Assembly (NCBI GenBank): GCA_050011835.1 | Contig: JBEKII010000001.1 | Span: 22,473-86,472, forward strand | Source: Minisyncoccia bacterium | GTDB lineage: Bacteria; Patescibacteriota; Minisyncoccia; Phycocordibacterales; Phycocordibacteraceae | DNA: 64,000 bases | Direction of reading: 5' to 3' | Shown here: positions 36,047-45,030 of the stretch, one piece after another | Position numbering within the stretch: the first letter of the stretch is position 1 | Layout of the letters: each line of letters starts with the position of its first letter | The notes under the pieces: model-generated | What the model saw: only the letters and a program-made list of their open reading frames with translations | Database searches by the model: none | What the model was told of the DNA's origin: nothing | Program-made: the position numbers and the translations under genes

Positions 36047-36068
36047 GGTTTTTCTCCTTTCTGTGGAT

Positions 36069-36422
36069 TTATCGCACGTTCATTTGTTCCTGTTTTAGCT
36101 TTGCAACGAAATCCCTCAGATCCATCGGTACGATCGGATCATTCAGATTGTATCCCGACGCGCGATGTAGGATGACGCTTGCGAGTGCGGCTCTTGCCTC
36201 TGGGTCTTTCGTTTTGGCATAGTCGAACTGCATATTCTGCAATTCTTGCACCATGCCCTGATTAAATGACCTCGTCTGCTCGAAGGTCTGACGCCGTACC
36301 TGTTCGTACTTCGGCGCAAAGACCTTGTACATGAAGAAGTCATTACCCTGGAACAGCCATCCAAGCCCCAATACTACAGCTAGGAAGAGAACCACGACAC
36401 CAACGACATGCGATCCTTTCAT
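36069..36422 (-). CDS. Membrane-anchored hypothetical protein
   Basis: N-terminal TM. Forms an operon with the lipoprotein gene. Upstream promoter TTGACA-N17-TACGCT and SD AAAAGGAGG. Confidence 0.5.
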   Translation of the reverse strand: MKGSHVVGVVVLFLAVVLGLGWLFQGNDFFMYKVFAPKYEQVRRQTFEQTRSFNQGMVQELQNMQFDYAKTKDPEARAALASVILHRASGYNLNDPIVPMDLRDFVAKLKQEQMNVR

Positions 36423-36609
36423 TTTGAACCTCCTTTTCAGTATTTACAACACTTTTTAGGGCGTTGCTTTCAAACAACTTCCGAGAAAGAGCGTAGCAGA
36501 TTGCTCTATTTTTGTCAAGTGCCCCCACGATTTTCAAACCCGCCTACGTTCTGAATTATTTGTGGGGTAATTTGGAAAAACGTTGAAAAATAAAGCTAAC
36601 CTACCGAAA

Positions 36610-36681
36610 TGACCCTACAGAGAATCGAACTCTGATTGCCGCCTTGAGAAGGCGATGTCCTAGCCGTTAGACGATAGGGCC
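36610..36681 (-). tRNA. tRNA-Glu (anticodon CTC)
   Basis: Reverse complement GGCCCTATCGTCTAACGGCTAGGACATCGCCTTCTCAAGGCGGCAATCAGAGTTCGATTCTCTGTAGGGTCA. Cloverleaf with T-loop TTCGATT and anticodon loop TTCTCAA. Confidence 0.8.
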
Positions 36682-36778
36682 GTGAATGCTTTATAACAAA
36701 AAAAGAAGAGAAGGGGAAATAAAAAAGTGAAGCGCAGGGGAGCTGTGAGCTGCCCAGCGCATTGCACAAGGAGCAATT

Positions 36779-37057
36779 TTAATAATCTGGAAATTTCTGG
36801 TGGTCTATAGATTCTTTTGACCCAGCTTCGCGTAGTATTTTCGCGACCTTTCTCTTACTGCCGAACATTTGTTTTAGTGAATTTTTTTCAGGTTTTGAGA
36901 CAGGCGGCTTTTCATTATCAGCCATCGCTAGTGCCGGATTTTCTTCAAAGCGCTGACGCTCATGGGCAAGACGCGGGAATTTTTTCTCGGTTCGCTCGAT
37001 GATATTCTGCAGCGTTTCTTCTTTGTTGTTTTCAATGACAACCTTCCTGTTATTCAT
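36779..37057 (-). CDS. Hypothetical small protein
   Basis: Strong SD CAAGGAGGG 7 nt before ATG (MNNRKVV). Confidence 0.4.
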   Translation of the reverse strand: MNNRKVVIENNKEETLQNIIERTEKKFPRLAHERQRFEENPALAMADNEKPPVSKPEKNSLKQMFGSKRKVAKILREAGSKESIDHQKFPDY

Positions 37058-37126
37058 ATCAAAACCCTCCTTGTTGTTCGGCATGACTAAAGTATGTCAA
37101 AAATGAAAACCATTTGTCAATGGCCA

Positions 37127-37585
37127 TTACTGCACGAGAAGGGAATCCACGACCGCCTTCACGTCGCCGCCATCGGCTTTTCCTTTCAATTCTTTCATCA
37201 ACGCGCCGGTAAATTTACCGGCTTCGGCCTTTGATGAGACGCCAAGCTCGGCCATTTTTGCTTTTGCAACAGTCATAATTTCCTCGCGGCTCATCTGGGT
37301 GGGGAGGTACGATTCAATAATAATGAGCTCGGCCTTTTCCGGCTCTGCGAGGTCATTGCGAGAGGCCTTTTCAAATTGTTCAATGGAATCCTTACGTTGA
37401 CTCGCAGCGCGCTTCAAGACAACAAGAGCCTCTTCGTCGGTCAATAATTCGTCGGGCTTACGCCTCTTGGCGACGACTTCGTTGGTCATCGCGGTTACTA
37501 AAGAGCGCAGGGTCCGCAGACGCACCTCATCTCGCGCGCGCAGCGCATCGGGGATAGATTTCTTCAAGGTTTCGTGAATAGTCAT
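37127..37585 (-). CDS. GatB/YqeY domain protein
   Basis: Full-length similarity to the YqeY family (LRSLVTAM...EIMTVAKAKMAELG). Confidence 0.7.
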   Translation of the reverse strand: MTIHETLKKSIPDALRARDEVRLRTLRSLVTAMTNEVVAKRRKPDELLTDEEALVVLKRAASQRKDSIEQFEKASRNDLAEPEKAELIIIESYLPTQMSREEIMTVAKAKMAELGVSSKAEAGKFTGALMKELKGKADGGDVKAVVDSLLVQ

Positions 37586-37608
37586 AGAACAGAGTATACT
37601 ATAAGGAT

Positions 37609-38679
37609 ATGGATATTTTTATTGTTGTTGTTGTCATTCTCGTTTTGCTCGTTGCGCAAGGTTTGAGCTTGTATTTCATACTGCACCGCCGCGAATCGCC
37701 TACCGAGAGCGGCGGCATGGTGCTCTTACAACAACAAATGCAGGAACTCGCGCGCACGCTAGACGCGCGCGTCTCGGAATCGTCGCGCACGATGCAGGAG
37801 AACGCGCATCGCCAATTTTCTGAATCTTCGCGGTTGATTAAAGAGATTACGCAGGAAGTGACGTCGGTAAAAGAGATCGGCCGCCAGACCCAAGGGTTCG
37901 CCGAACAATTGCAAAATCTCCAAGACATTCTGAAAAATCCGAAACAGCGCGGCATCCTCGGTGAGTATTATCTGGAAACCGTTTTGAAGAACGTGCTTCC
38001 GCCCGGCATGTATCAGATGCAGTATCCGTTTAAAAATGGCGAGATCGTGGATGCCGCCGTCTTCGTGGGCGACAAAATCGTTCCGATTGATTCAAAATTT
38101 TCGCTGGAAAATTACAATCGTCTCGTGCACGCGAACGAGGCGGAGAAGCCCGCATTTGAAAAAGCGTTCGTGAATGACCTCAAGATGCGCATCCAAGAAA
38201 CCGCAAAATATATCCGCCCGGAAGAAAACACGATGGACTTCGCGTTTATGTTTATTCCTTCGGAAGGCATTTACTATGACCTCCTGACCAATCAAGTTGG
38301 CGGCGGCCCCTCGACCGGACTCGGGGCAGGCGAGAACGAAAACCTCATTCAAAGAGCGGCAGGGAAGTATAAAGTCATCATTGTTTCGCCGACTTCGTTT
38401 CTTGCCTACCTTCAAACCGTCATGCAAGGGTTGAAGGCGCTTAAGATTGAAGAAAAGGCGGCAGAAATTCAACAGAGAGTAGGGGAGTTGGGGAAGCACA
38501 TCGGCGCGTATGAAGATTTCTATCGGAAACTCGGCGTCTCACTCGGCACAACCGTCAGCCACTACAACAGCGGCTACAAAGAGCTCGGAAAAATTGATAA
38601 AGATGTGTACCGTATCGCCGACTCCAAAATTGGCATCGAGCCCGAACTCCTTGACAAACCGCTGACTACAGAGGAGTAG
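37609..38679 (+). CDS. rmuC: DNA recombination protein RmuC
   Basis: N-terminal TM, coiled coil, GEIVDAAVFVGDKIVPIDSKFSL. Confidence 0.75.
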   Translation: MDIFIVVVVILVLLVAQGLSLYFILHRRESPTESGGMVLLQQQMQELARTLDARVSESSRTMQENAHRQFSESSRLIKEITQEVTSVKEIGRQTQGFAEQLQNLQDILKNPKQRGILGEYYLETVLKNVLPPGMYQMQYPFKNGEIVDAAVFVGDKIVPIDSKFSLENYNRLVHANEAEKPAFEKAFVNDLKMRIQETAKYIRPEENTMDFAFMFIPSEGIYYDLLTNQVGGGPSTGLGAGENENLIQRAAGKYKVIIVSPTSFLAYLQTVMQGLKALKIEEKAAEIQQRVGELGKHIGAYEDFYRKLGVSLGTTVSHYNSGYKELGKIDKDVYRIADSKIGIEPELLDKPLTTEE

Positions 38680-38699
38680 CAAAATTGGCGTTAATGTGC

Positions 38700-38955
38700 T
38701 AGGATGATTTTCGGACTGGATGGTTGAAGAGATTCGGAAGGTTAATCCTTACCAACCCGCGCTGTTCGGACAATAGACAGCATCTTGACAAAAGATTCTC
38801 GGCTAGTTGGGTTAGACATAGGTCTCACGGACATCGCACTGACGGCTATGTCTCGGTCGGATAGTGGAGACACTCTGCCTGTGTTAAGACGATGGAATCC
38901 CCCAATGAATAAGCCCTGTTCAGTACCAGCAAGACCGCGCATTTTTGCGCGGTCT
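38700..38955 (+). ncRNA. Candidate structured small RNA or long 3'-UTR element ending in a strong intrinsic terminator
   Basis: Intergenic, no convincing ORF. Several helices (gacat...atgtc, gtctc...gagac). 11-bp terminator stem caagaccgcgc/gcgcggtcttg plus T-run at 38922-38955. TTGACA at 38785 but only a weak -10. Confidence 0.3.
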
Positions 38956-39035
38956 TGTTTTGTAACAAGGTTGGACATTGTAAATTTCGGAAATGCACTC
39001 ATGTGAGTAGACAATTTATTGCTATATTAAGACGC

Positions 39036-39536
39036 ATGGCGAAGCTATGTGAACAAAAGAAACTTGTAAAAAAGTTAAACAATTTCTACGACCTCACTGG
39101 ATATTCTGACGAAGAAGCCAGACGGTACAGGTTGAGGCACAATGGCGAGGGAGTACCAGAAGGAGACTTCATTGGTTTTCTTGAAATTAACGATTTAAGC
39201 TGGCGAGAGAAAATTAGATATTGGTGGAAGAAAGATAATTTTTCTAAGAAAACTGGCTTTATCTTGGATCGTAGGCAAAAAGTAATTCAGCTTTATGAGC
39301 GGTGTGTAGAATCTGGATTTATCAACCCACCCAAAGGACAAGAAAAGATTATTAGTATAACCAAGAAAGGAGAAGATTTGCTCCATTCGTTAGGTTTTGT
39401 AGAACAAGTTTTAGCAAAATATCCAATTACTTGGGATTTCATAATTAAAGTCGGCATAGGGCTTGCTGGTACTGGTGTAGGCACGTATTTTTTAATCAAA
39501 CTAGGTAATTATATAATTCACTACATTCCTCACTAA
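39036..39536 (+). CDS. Hypothetical C-terminally membrane-anchored protein (AT-rich islet)
   Basis: ORF with ~37% GC against ~52% background. C-terminal TM helix. Confidence 0.45.
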   Translation: MAKLCEQKKLVKKLNNFYDLTGYSDEEARRYRLRHNGEGVPEGDFIGFLEINDLSWREKIRYWWKKDNFSKKTGFILDRRQKVIQLYERCVESGFINPPKGQEKIISITKKGEDLLHSLGFVEQVLAKYPITWDFIIKVGIGLAGTGVGTYFLIKLGNYIIHYIPH

Positions 39537-39553
39537 ATGCTATAATACAATCA

Positions 39554-39856
39554 ATGAAAACATTGCTGGGATTTTTAGTGGTTGCTTTAGTTGCAGTTTC
39601 CATATGGTTCGGTATAGATCATCACAACCTTATCCAAAAACTCTCAAAAGAGACAAATATTACGAGTGGTTTCGTCCCACTGACGCAGGAACAATGGCAA
39701 TCAGAGGTGGATGCTGGTTTCTCCCCACAGCAAATAATCCAGTTCGAAAAGATACGTAAAGCAAAACAACCATGTCCGACAAGTGATCCTGCTGGATTGT
39801 TTACAAACTGTACAGCAACAACAACTGGCAATCCCAATAATCCCTTGGGGATATAA
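39554..39856 (+). CDS. Hypothetical small secreted/membrane protein
   Basis: N-terminal signal/TM. AT-rich. Confidence 0.4.
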   Translation: MKTLLGFLVVALVAVSIWFGIDHHNLIQKLSKETNITSGFVPLTQEQWQSEVDAGFSPQQIIQFEKIRKAKQPCPTSDPAGLFTNCTATTTGNPNNPLGI

Positions 39857-39904
39857 TTAGCAATCACTTGCCTTTTGTAAAGAGAGATGCTAGGTTGAAG
39901 TGGT

Positions 39905-40168
39905 ATGCCTAAAACCAAAGAAAAAGAAGGTCTCGTGGGGAAGGTTACTCACCTCTACCGGAAGATAGATGTGGTTATCGTTAAGCTCTCGGGAAGCGTT
40001 TCCGTCGGCGACACGCTTCATTTCACAGGGAGCGGACACGACTTTGAGGAAAAAATTTCCTCTATACAAATTAATCACAAAGATGTCTCTTCGGCCAAGA
40101 AGGGCGACGAGGTGGGGATGAAAATTTCTGGCCCTGCCCGCGAAGGCGACGAGGTTTACAAAGAATAA
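39905..40168 (+). CDS. Hypothetical beta-barrel protein (EF-Tu domain-2-like pattern)
   Basis: Pattern GKVTHLYRKIDVVIVKLSGSVSVGDTLHF..G..VG. Low-confidence fold guess. Confidence 0.3.
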   Translation: MPKTKEKEGLVGKVTHLYRKIDVVIVKLSGSVSVGDTLHFTGSGHDFEEKISSIQINHKDVSSAKKGDEVGMKISGPAREGDEVYKE

Positions 40169-40212
40169 CCCCGGCTTTCCTTTTTTGAGAAAGCGTGCTA
40201 GACTGGGGAACT

Positions 40213-40530
40213 ATGGAAGTGGCCGTCATCAAGACCGGCGGAAAGCAGTATGTCGTCTCTATAGGCGACATTATTGCAATAGAGAAGCTCCCCGGAGATC
40301 TGAAGAAAGGTGACACGGTTGTCTTTAACGAGGTGCTCCTCGTGGATAACGGTTCGGACACGACCATCGGGGCTCCTCTCATTAAGGGAGCCGAGGTCAA
40401 GGGCACCGTTGTTCTCGCCGGTAAAGCGAAGAAGACTGAAGTGGTGAAGTATAAACCGAAGAGCCGCTATTACAAGCGTCGCGGGCACCGCCAGCCATTG
40501 CTCAAAGTGAAAATTGATTCAATTTCTTAA
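40213..40530 (+). CDS. rplU: 50S ribosomal protein L21
   Basis: MEVAVIKTGGKQYVVSIGD...GHRQPLLKVKI. Confidence 0.85.
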   Translation: MEVAVIKTGGKQYVVSIGDIIAIEKLPGDLKKGDTVVFNEVLLVDNGSDTTIGAPLIKGAEVKGTVVLAGKAKKTEVVKYKPKSRYYKRRGHRQPLLKVKIDSIS

Positions 40531-40542
40531 AACTTTTATAGA

Positions 40543-41796
40543 ATGCAAATAGGTAGATGGAATCACCAGTCCACTGGTAATCGTTCCAGTGGTAATAACT
40601 CTTTTAAAACGCGCTCGTCACGCGGCGGTTTTCATAATCGTGGGCGTGCGCCCGTTCGGCGCGCGGGCTTCGGCTCTTTCGGCACGACGGAATCTGAAAT
40701 TGCGAAATTTAGAAACAAAGCAGTGACCGTAGTAGAGACATCGGTCTTTGTTCCCGAAAACACGTTCGCTGGTTTTGATATCAATGAACATTTAAAAAAG
40801 AACATTATCGCACGTGGCTACGAGACGCTGACGCCGATTCAAGACAAAGCCATCCCGCATATTCTCGCGGGGCAGGATGTTGTCGGCCTCGCCGAGACCG
40901 GAACGGGGAAGACCGCGGCTTTTCTTATTCCGCTTATTGACAAGGTAATAAAACAAAAGAATGAGCGCGTTCTTATCATGGCTCCGACGCGCGAGCTCGC
41001 GGTGCAGATTGAAAAAGAACTCGCCGGTTTCGCGCGTGGAACAGGATTGCGCGGCGTGGTCGCGGTGGGCGGTGCGAATATTGGCCCACAAATTTCCGCA
41101 CTCCGTCACAATCCCGCGTTCGTTATTGGTACGCCCGGGCGGCTGAAGGATTTAATGGAGCGTCATGCGCTCGACCTTTCTGGCTTCGGCACCGTCGTTC
41201 TTGACGAAGCGGACCGCATGCTGGATATGGGATTCATTGACGATATGCGATTCATTCTTGGGAAAATGCGCCGCGAGCGTCACACGCTTTTCTTCTGCGC
41301 GACAATGTCCAAGGATATTGAACGGATTATCGGTGAGTTCCTCTCCAAGCCGGTTATTATTTCGGTGAAAACGCGCGATACCGCTCGCAATATTGAGCAA
41401 GACGTCATCCGCATCCCGCGCGGGAAGGATAAGTTTGATGTGCTGGCTGAACTTCTTAGTGACCGCGAGTTTAGCAAGGTGCTTGTCTTCGGCCGCACGA
41501 AGTATGGCGTTGAACGGCTTGCGAAAGACCTTTCGCGCCGCCATATTTACGCCGAGTCCATTCACGGCAACAAGACCTACAATGCCCGCATACGAGCGCT
41601 GGAGGCCTTCAAAGAGGGGAAAGTAACGGCACTTGTCGCGACCGATGTCGCCGCGCGTGGCTTGGACATCCCCGCCGTCTCGCACGTCATCAACTACGAC
41701 CTCCCGTCAACATACGAGGATTACATCCATCGTGTCGGCCGCACCGGCCGCGCGGATATGAAAGGGAAGGCGCTCACTTTCGTCCAAGGGCGCTAG
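40543..41796 (+). CDS. DEAD-box ATP-dependent RNA helicase
   Basis: AETGTGKT, PTRELA, DEAD (VLDEADRMLDMGF), HRVGRTGRA. Confidence 0.85.
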   Translation: MQIGRWNHQSTGNRSSGNNSFKTRSSRGGFHNRGRAPVRRAGFGSFGTTESEIAKFRNKAVTVVETSVFVPENTFAGFDINEHLKKNIIARGYETLTPIQDKAIPHILAGQDVVGLAETGTGKTAAFLIPLIDKVIKQKNERVLIMAPTRELAVQIEKELAGFARGTGLRGVVAVGGANIGPQISALRHNPAFVIGTPGRLKDLMERHALDLSGFGTVVLDEADRMLDMGFIDDMRFILGKMRRERHTLFFCATMSKDIERIIGEFLSKPVIISVKTRDTARNIEQDVIRIPRGKDKFDVLAELLSDREFSKVLVFGRTKYGVERLAKDLSRRHIYAESIHGNKTYNARIRALEAFKEGKVTALVATDVAARGLDIPAVSHVINYDLPSTYEDYIHRVGRTGRADMKGKALTFVQGR

Positions 41797-42395
41797 GTTT
41801 CTTTACGATTCGTGAGCGCCGCACGGAGGGTTTCGGGGTCGGAGTATTCAAGCTCGCTGCCGGTCGCGAGACCGCGACCGAGCTCTGAAATTTTTAAATG
41901 ATTGCGGTACGGCGCAAGGAGTTCGTGTATGCGGTCGGTTGTGTGTTCGCCCTCGCTCGTCGCCGAGAGCGCGAGCACAATTTCTTTGAGGTCTTGTTTC
42001 AAACGCTTTTCCACTATTTTTGCCAACTCCTTTTCGCGGATGACACCCTTGCCTGAAAGAGTGAGTACACCGCCGAGGACGAAATAACGGCCGTGATACG
42101 TGCCGGCGCGTTCCACCGCGGCGAGGTCCTGGTCTTTTTCAACAAGCATCAATTGCGTGTCGTCACGCGTTTTGTCGGAACAATAATTGCAAAGAGTCAC
42201 GCCGTTGTTATGAAAACGTAAGCACTCCGGGCACTGCCGAACATTTTTACCTAGCGACGCGATAAGTTCGGCGAGTTTTGCGCGTTCGTGGGCGGGAGCG
42301 GCGAGCAGATAATAGACGAAGCGTTTGCCTTGCCGCGGACCGATACCGGGGAAGCGAGAAAGCGCGGCGGCGAGTTCGTCAATGTGGTCATTCAT
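41793..42395 (-). CDS. recR: Recombination protein RecR
   Basis: HhH, C4 zinc finger (CPECLRF...CNYC), Toprim. Confidence 0.85.
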   Translation of the reverse strand: MNDHIDELAAALSRFPGIGPRQGKRFVYYLLAAPAHERAKLAELIASLGKNVRQCPECLRFHNNGVTLCNYCSDKTRDDTQLMLVEKDQDLAAVERAGTYHGRYFVLGGVLTLSGKGVIREKELAKIVEKRLKQDLKEIVLALSATSEGEHTTDRIHELLAPYRNHLKISELGRGLATGSELEYSDPETLRAALTNRKET

Positions 42396-43654
42396 GATTT
42401 ATGTCGCCGCCGCCTCGGCATTTGTGGGATGCCGATGAGTGATGACGGGAAGAGTGTCTTCGGTCGTGCGTACACCACATATATTATTAACGCGATAAAA
42501 ATTGGAAGCGTGCAGGCAGCAATTGCCCATCCCGGGCCGCCTATCGCGAAAAGAGACCCGGCGACGATCGGGCCTATGGCATACCCCAAATCTTCAGAGA
42601 AGGATATGACACCCGCGATGGCGCCGTCGTGCGCGTGTTCCTTGTCAAGTGAGTGGAGCCATGACCAGAGCGATAGCCCCGTCGTTTCGTCGCCGGAGGT
42701 TGCGAGGAATCCAAAGAGAAGGAAAAGAGGACCTATTGTTATTCCAATAAGCATTCCCATAAGCGCAAAAATAAGTAAGCCATAAAATACCAAGAGCCGT
42801 TTGTTTCCGCGGTCAACGATCGTGCCGATGAGAACGCCGAGCAGGACAACCGTCAAATCAAAAATGCCGAGCCCGAGTCCTAACAATTGTTGGTGGGGAT
42901 TGCTCGCGATAACAAGCGGCACAACAAACCAAATCGCGCCATAAAAGATAGAACCGGCCAATGTGTAAGCACAGAGCATACCACTCGCTGGATTGAGTTT
43001 CTTAAGGGTCTTAAATGTTTTAAAGAATGAGATACGGCGAATGTGATAAGGTTCGGCCGGCAAAATATGTTCTCCATGAATGACTGGCTTATCGGGCGGG
43101 CTCGCCCAGAGAACGATAATCGCTAAGAAAAGAAGTGCCAGTAAGATGATTCCCATAATAAAAGGGGCGAAAAGGAGAACGAAAGGGAGTGATATACTCG
43201 CGAGAACAACCCCGATAGAATAAAAAATGTCACGTAGCGCAATGAATCTACCGCTGGTTTCTTTTTGGGCATGAGAGAGCACATACGCATTTACTCCCGG
43301 TGCGAAGAAGAGCCAGCCGATAACGCTCAACGTTATGCTCAAAATATAATTAACGAGTGAAAATTGCGTAAGCAGAAATGCCGCTCCGACAAAAGCGACC
43401 CATCCGACAGCGAGCATCCGTCGTCGACCAAACCGGTCAATGAGATAGCCGGCCGGCATGTCAAGAAACATTTGGAAAAGAGATTCACCGCCGATAAGAA
43501 GGCCGATAATCCATAACGGCAGAAGCCGCGCGCCGAGTGGCGAGAGGAGCGAATAATGGAGCGTCGCCGCGAATTTATAAAATGCAAGGAAGAGCCAAAA
43601 TGCCCAAAATGAACTAAGCAGGGTGGTGGTGACGCGACTCGAGGAAGAGGTCAT
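42392..43654 (-). CDS. MFS transporter
   Basis: 12 predicted TM helices. MFS-like D-R/K-x-G-R-R loop (DRFGRRRM). Confidence 0.65.
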   Translation of the reverse strand: MTSSSSRVTTTLLSSFWAFWLFLAFYKFAATLHYSLLSPLGARLLPLWIIGLLIGGESLFQMFLDMPAGYLIDRFGRRRMLAVGWVAFVGAAFLLTQFSLVNYILSITLSVIGWLFFAPGVNAYVLSHAQKETSGRFIALRDIFYSIGVVLASISLPFVLLFAPFIMGIILLALLFLAIIVLWASPPDKPVIHGEHILPAEPYHIRRISFFKTFKTLKKLNPASGMLCAYTLAGSIFYGAIWFVVPLVIASNPHQQLLGLGLGIFDLTVVLLGVLIGTIVDRGNKRLLVFYGLLIFALMGMLIGITIGPLFLLFGFLATSGDETTGLSLWSWLHSLDKEHAHDGAIAGVISFSEDLGYAIGPIVAGSLFAIGGPGWAIAACTLPIFIALIIYVVYARPKTLFPSSLIGIPQMPRRRRHKS

Positions 43655-45030
43655 AACGGAAATTCTTGCGCGAGTTCGCCATAGCCCGATACGTCTACCG
43701 GCTGGAAGGTGGCGCGCTTCTCGTCAAAATAGAGTTCGGTTTTCCCCGTCGGGCCGTTTCGATGTTTTTCAATGAGAATTTCCGCGATGTTCGGTCTATC
43801 GCTTTCGGGATTGCGCTTGTCCTCGCGATGGATAAACATCACGACATCCGCATCTTGCTCAATGCTTCCAGAATCGCGCAAGTCAGAAAGACGCGGCTTG
43901 CCGCCGCGCTGTTCCACCGCACGAGAAAGTTGCGAGATCGCAATGACCGGCACCTTGAGTTCGCGCGCGAGCGACTTGAGCGAACGAGAAATTTCGGTGA
44001 CTTGTTGGACGAGGGAGTCAGAGGCTCTCGTTGTCGTTGGCGCCATAAGCTGGAGATAGTCCACGATGATAAGCCCGATACCTCGGTCCCTCTTTAATCG
44101 TCTCGCGACCGCGCGCATCGCGAGGATATTGTTGCCCGGCTTGTCGTCAATATAAATAGGAGCTTTTGAGAGCGATTCAAGCGCATCGCGAATGCGATTG
44201 AAATCTTCCGTGTCTTTTATTTGGCCCGTGCGCAGTTTCCATGAATTGACAAAGGATTCTGCGGCGAGCATGCGGTCAATCAGTTGTTCCGAACTCATTT
44301 CAAGCGAGAAAATTCCGACAGGAACATTGTGGCGCAGGGCAGCGTTGCGCGCGATGTCAAGCGCAAGCGAAGTTTTTCCCATGGAAGGGCGCGCGGCAAT
44401 GATGACGAGGTCGGAAGGATGGAATCCCGAGAGAAGATTGTCCAGAGTGGGGAAGCCCGATGGCACGCCGCGGATGCCGCCTTCTTTTTTTGACAGCGCT
44501 TCAATGCGGTCCCACGCCTCGTGGATTTTATCGCCAATGGTGATGAATTTATGCGCGGAAGAAGCATCGCCAATGGCGTAAATGCTTTTTTCGGCTTCAT
44601 CAAGTACTTCCATCGTATCGCGCGCTTCATCATACGCAGATTCGGTAATGCTATAGGCGGCATCAATCAGCGAGCGCATCAAGAATTTGCGCGAGACGAG
44701 TTCGGCATAATGGGAGAAGTTGCCGGGCGCGGGCGCCGAACCGGCAAGTTCAGCGAGATAGCTGCGGCCACCGCCGTGTTCAAGCAACCCCTGATCCTGC
44801 ATCCGTTGCGAAAGGGAGAGAAGGTCTATAGGTTCGCCGCGCTGCGCGAGCTCGCTCATCGCGCCAAATATAATCCGATGTTTTTCTGCGTAAAAAGAAT
44901 TGGCGTTGATGATATCCGAAACATCATAAATGGCATCGGGTTTGAGCAAGAGGGCGCCCAGAAGAGCGCGCTCGGATTCGAGTGATTGCGGCGGGACGCG
45001 GTCGGAAGCCATTACTGTCAATTGTATCAA
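43651..45030 (-). CDS. dnaB: Replicative DNA helicase DnaB
   Basis: N-terminal DnaB domain (ERALLGALLL). Walker A ARPSMGKTS. Walker B GLIIVDYLQLM. Confidence 0.85.
   Translation of the reverse strand: MIQLTVMASDRVPPQSLESERALLGALLLKPDAIYDVSDIINANSFYAEKHRIIFGAMSELAQRGEPIDLLSLSQRMQDQGLLEHGGGRSYLAELAGSAPAPGNFSHYAELVSRKFLMRSLIDAAYSITESAYDEARDTMEVLDEAEKSIYAIGDASSAHKFITIGDKIHEAWDRIEALSKKEGGIRGVPSGFPTLDNLLSGFHPSDLVIIAARPSMGKTSLALDIARNAALRHNVPVGIFSLEMSSEQLIDRMLAAESFVNSWKLRTGQIKDTEDFNRIRDALESLSKAPIYIDDKPGNNILAMRAVARRLKRDRGIGLIIVDYLQLMAPTTTRASDSLVQQVTEISRSLKSLARELKVPVIAISQLSRAVEQRGGKPRLSDLRDSGSIEQDADVVMFIHREDKRNPESDRPNIAEILIEKHRNGPTGKTELYFDEKRATFQPVDVSGYGELAQEFPL

Noticed and set aside
38700-38955. tRNA, tmRNA or RNase P identity for the structured intergenic region
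   Set aside because: No GGTTCGAATCC-type T-arm with a complementary 5' strand and no conserved P4/CR-I/CR-V motifs. The length does not fit. It is left as an unclassified candidate.
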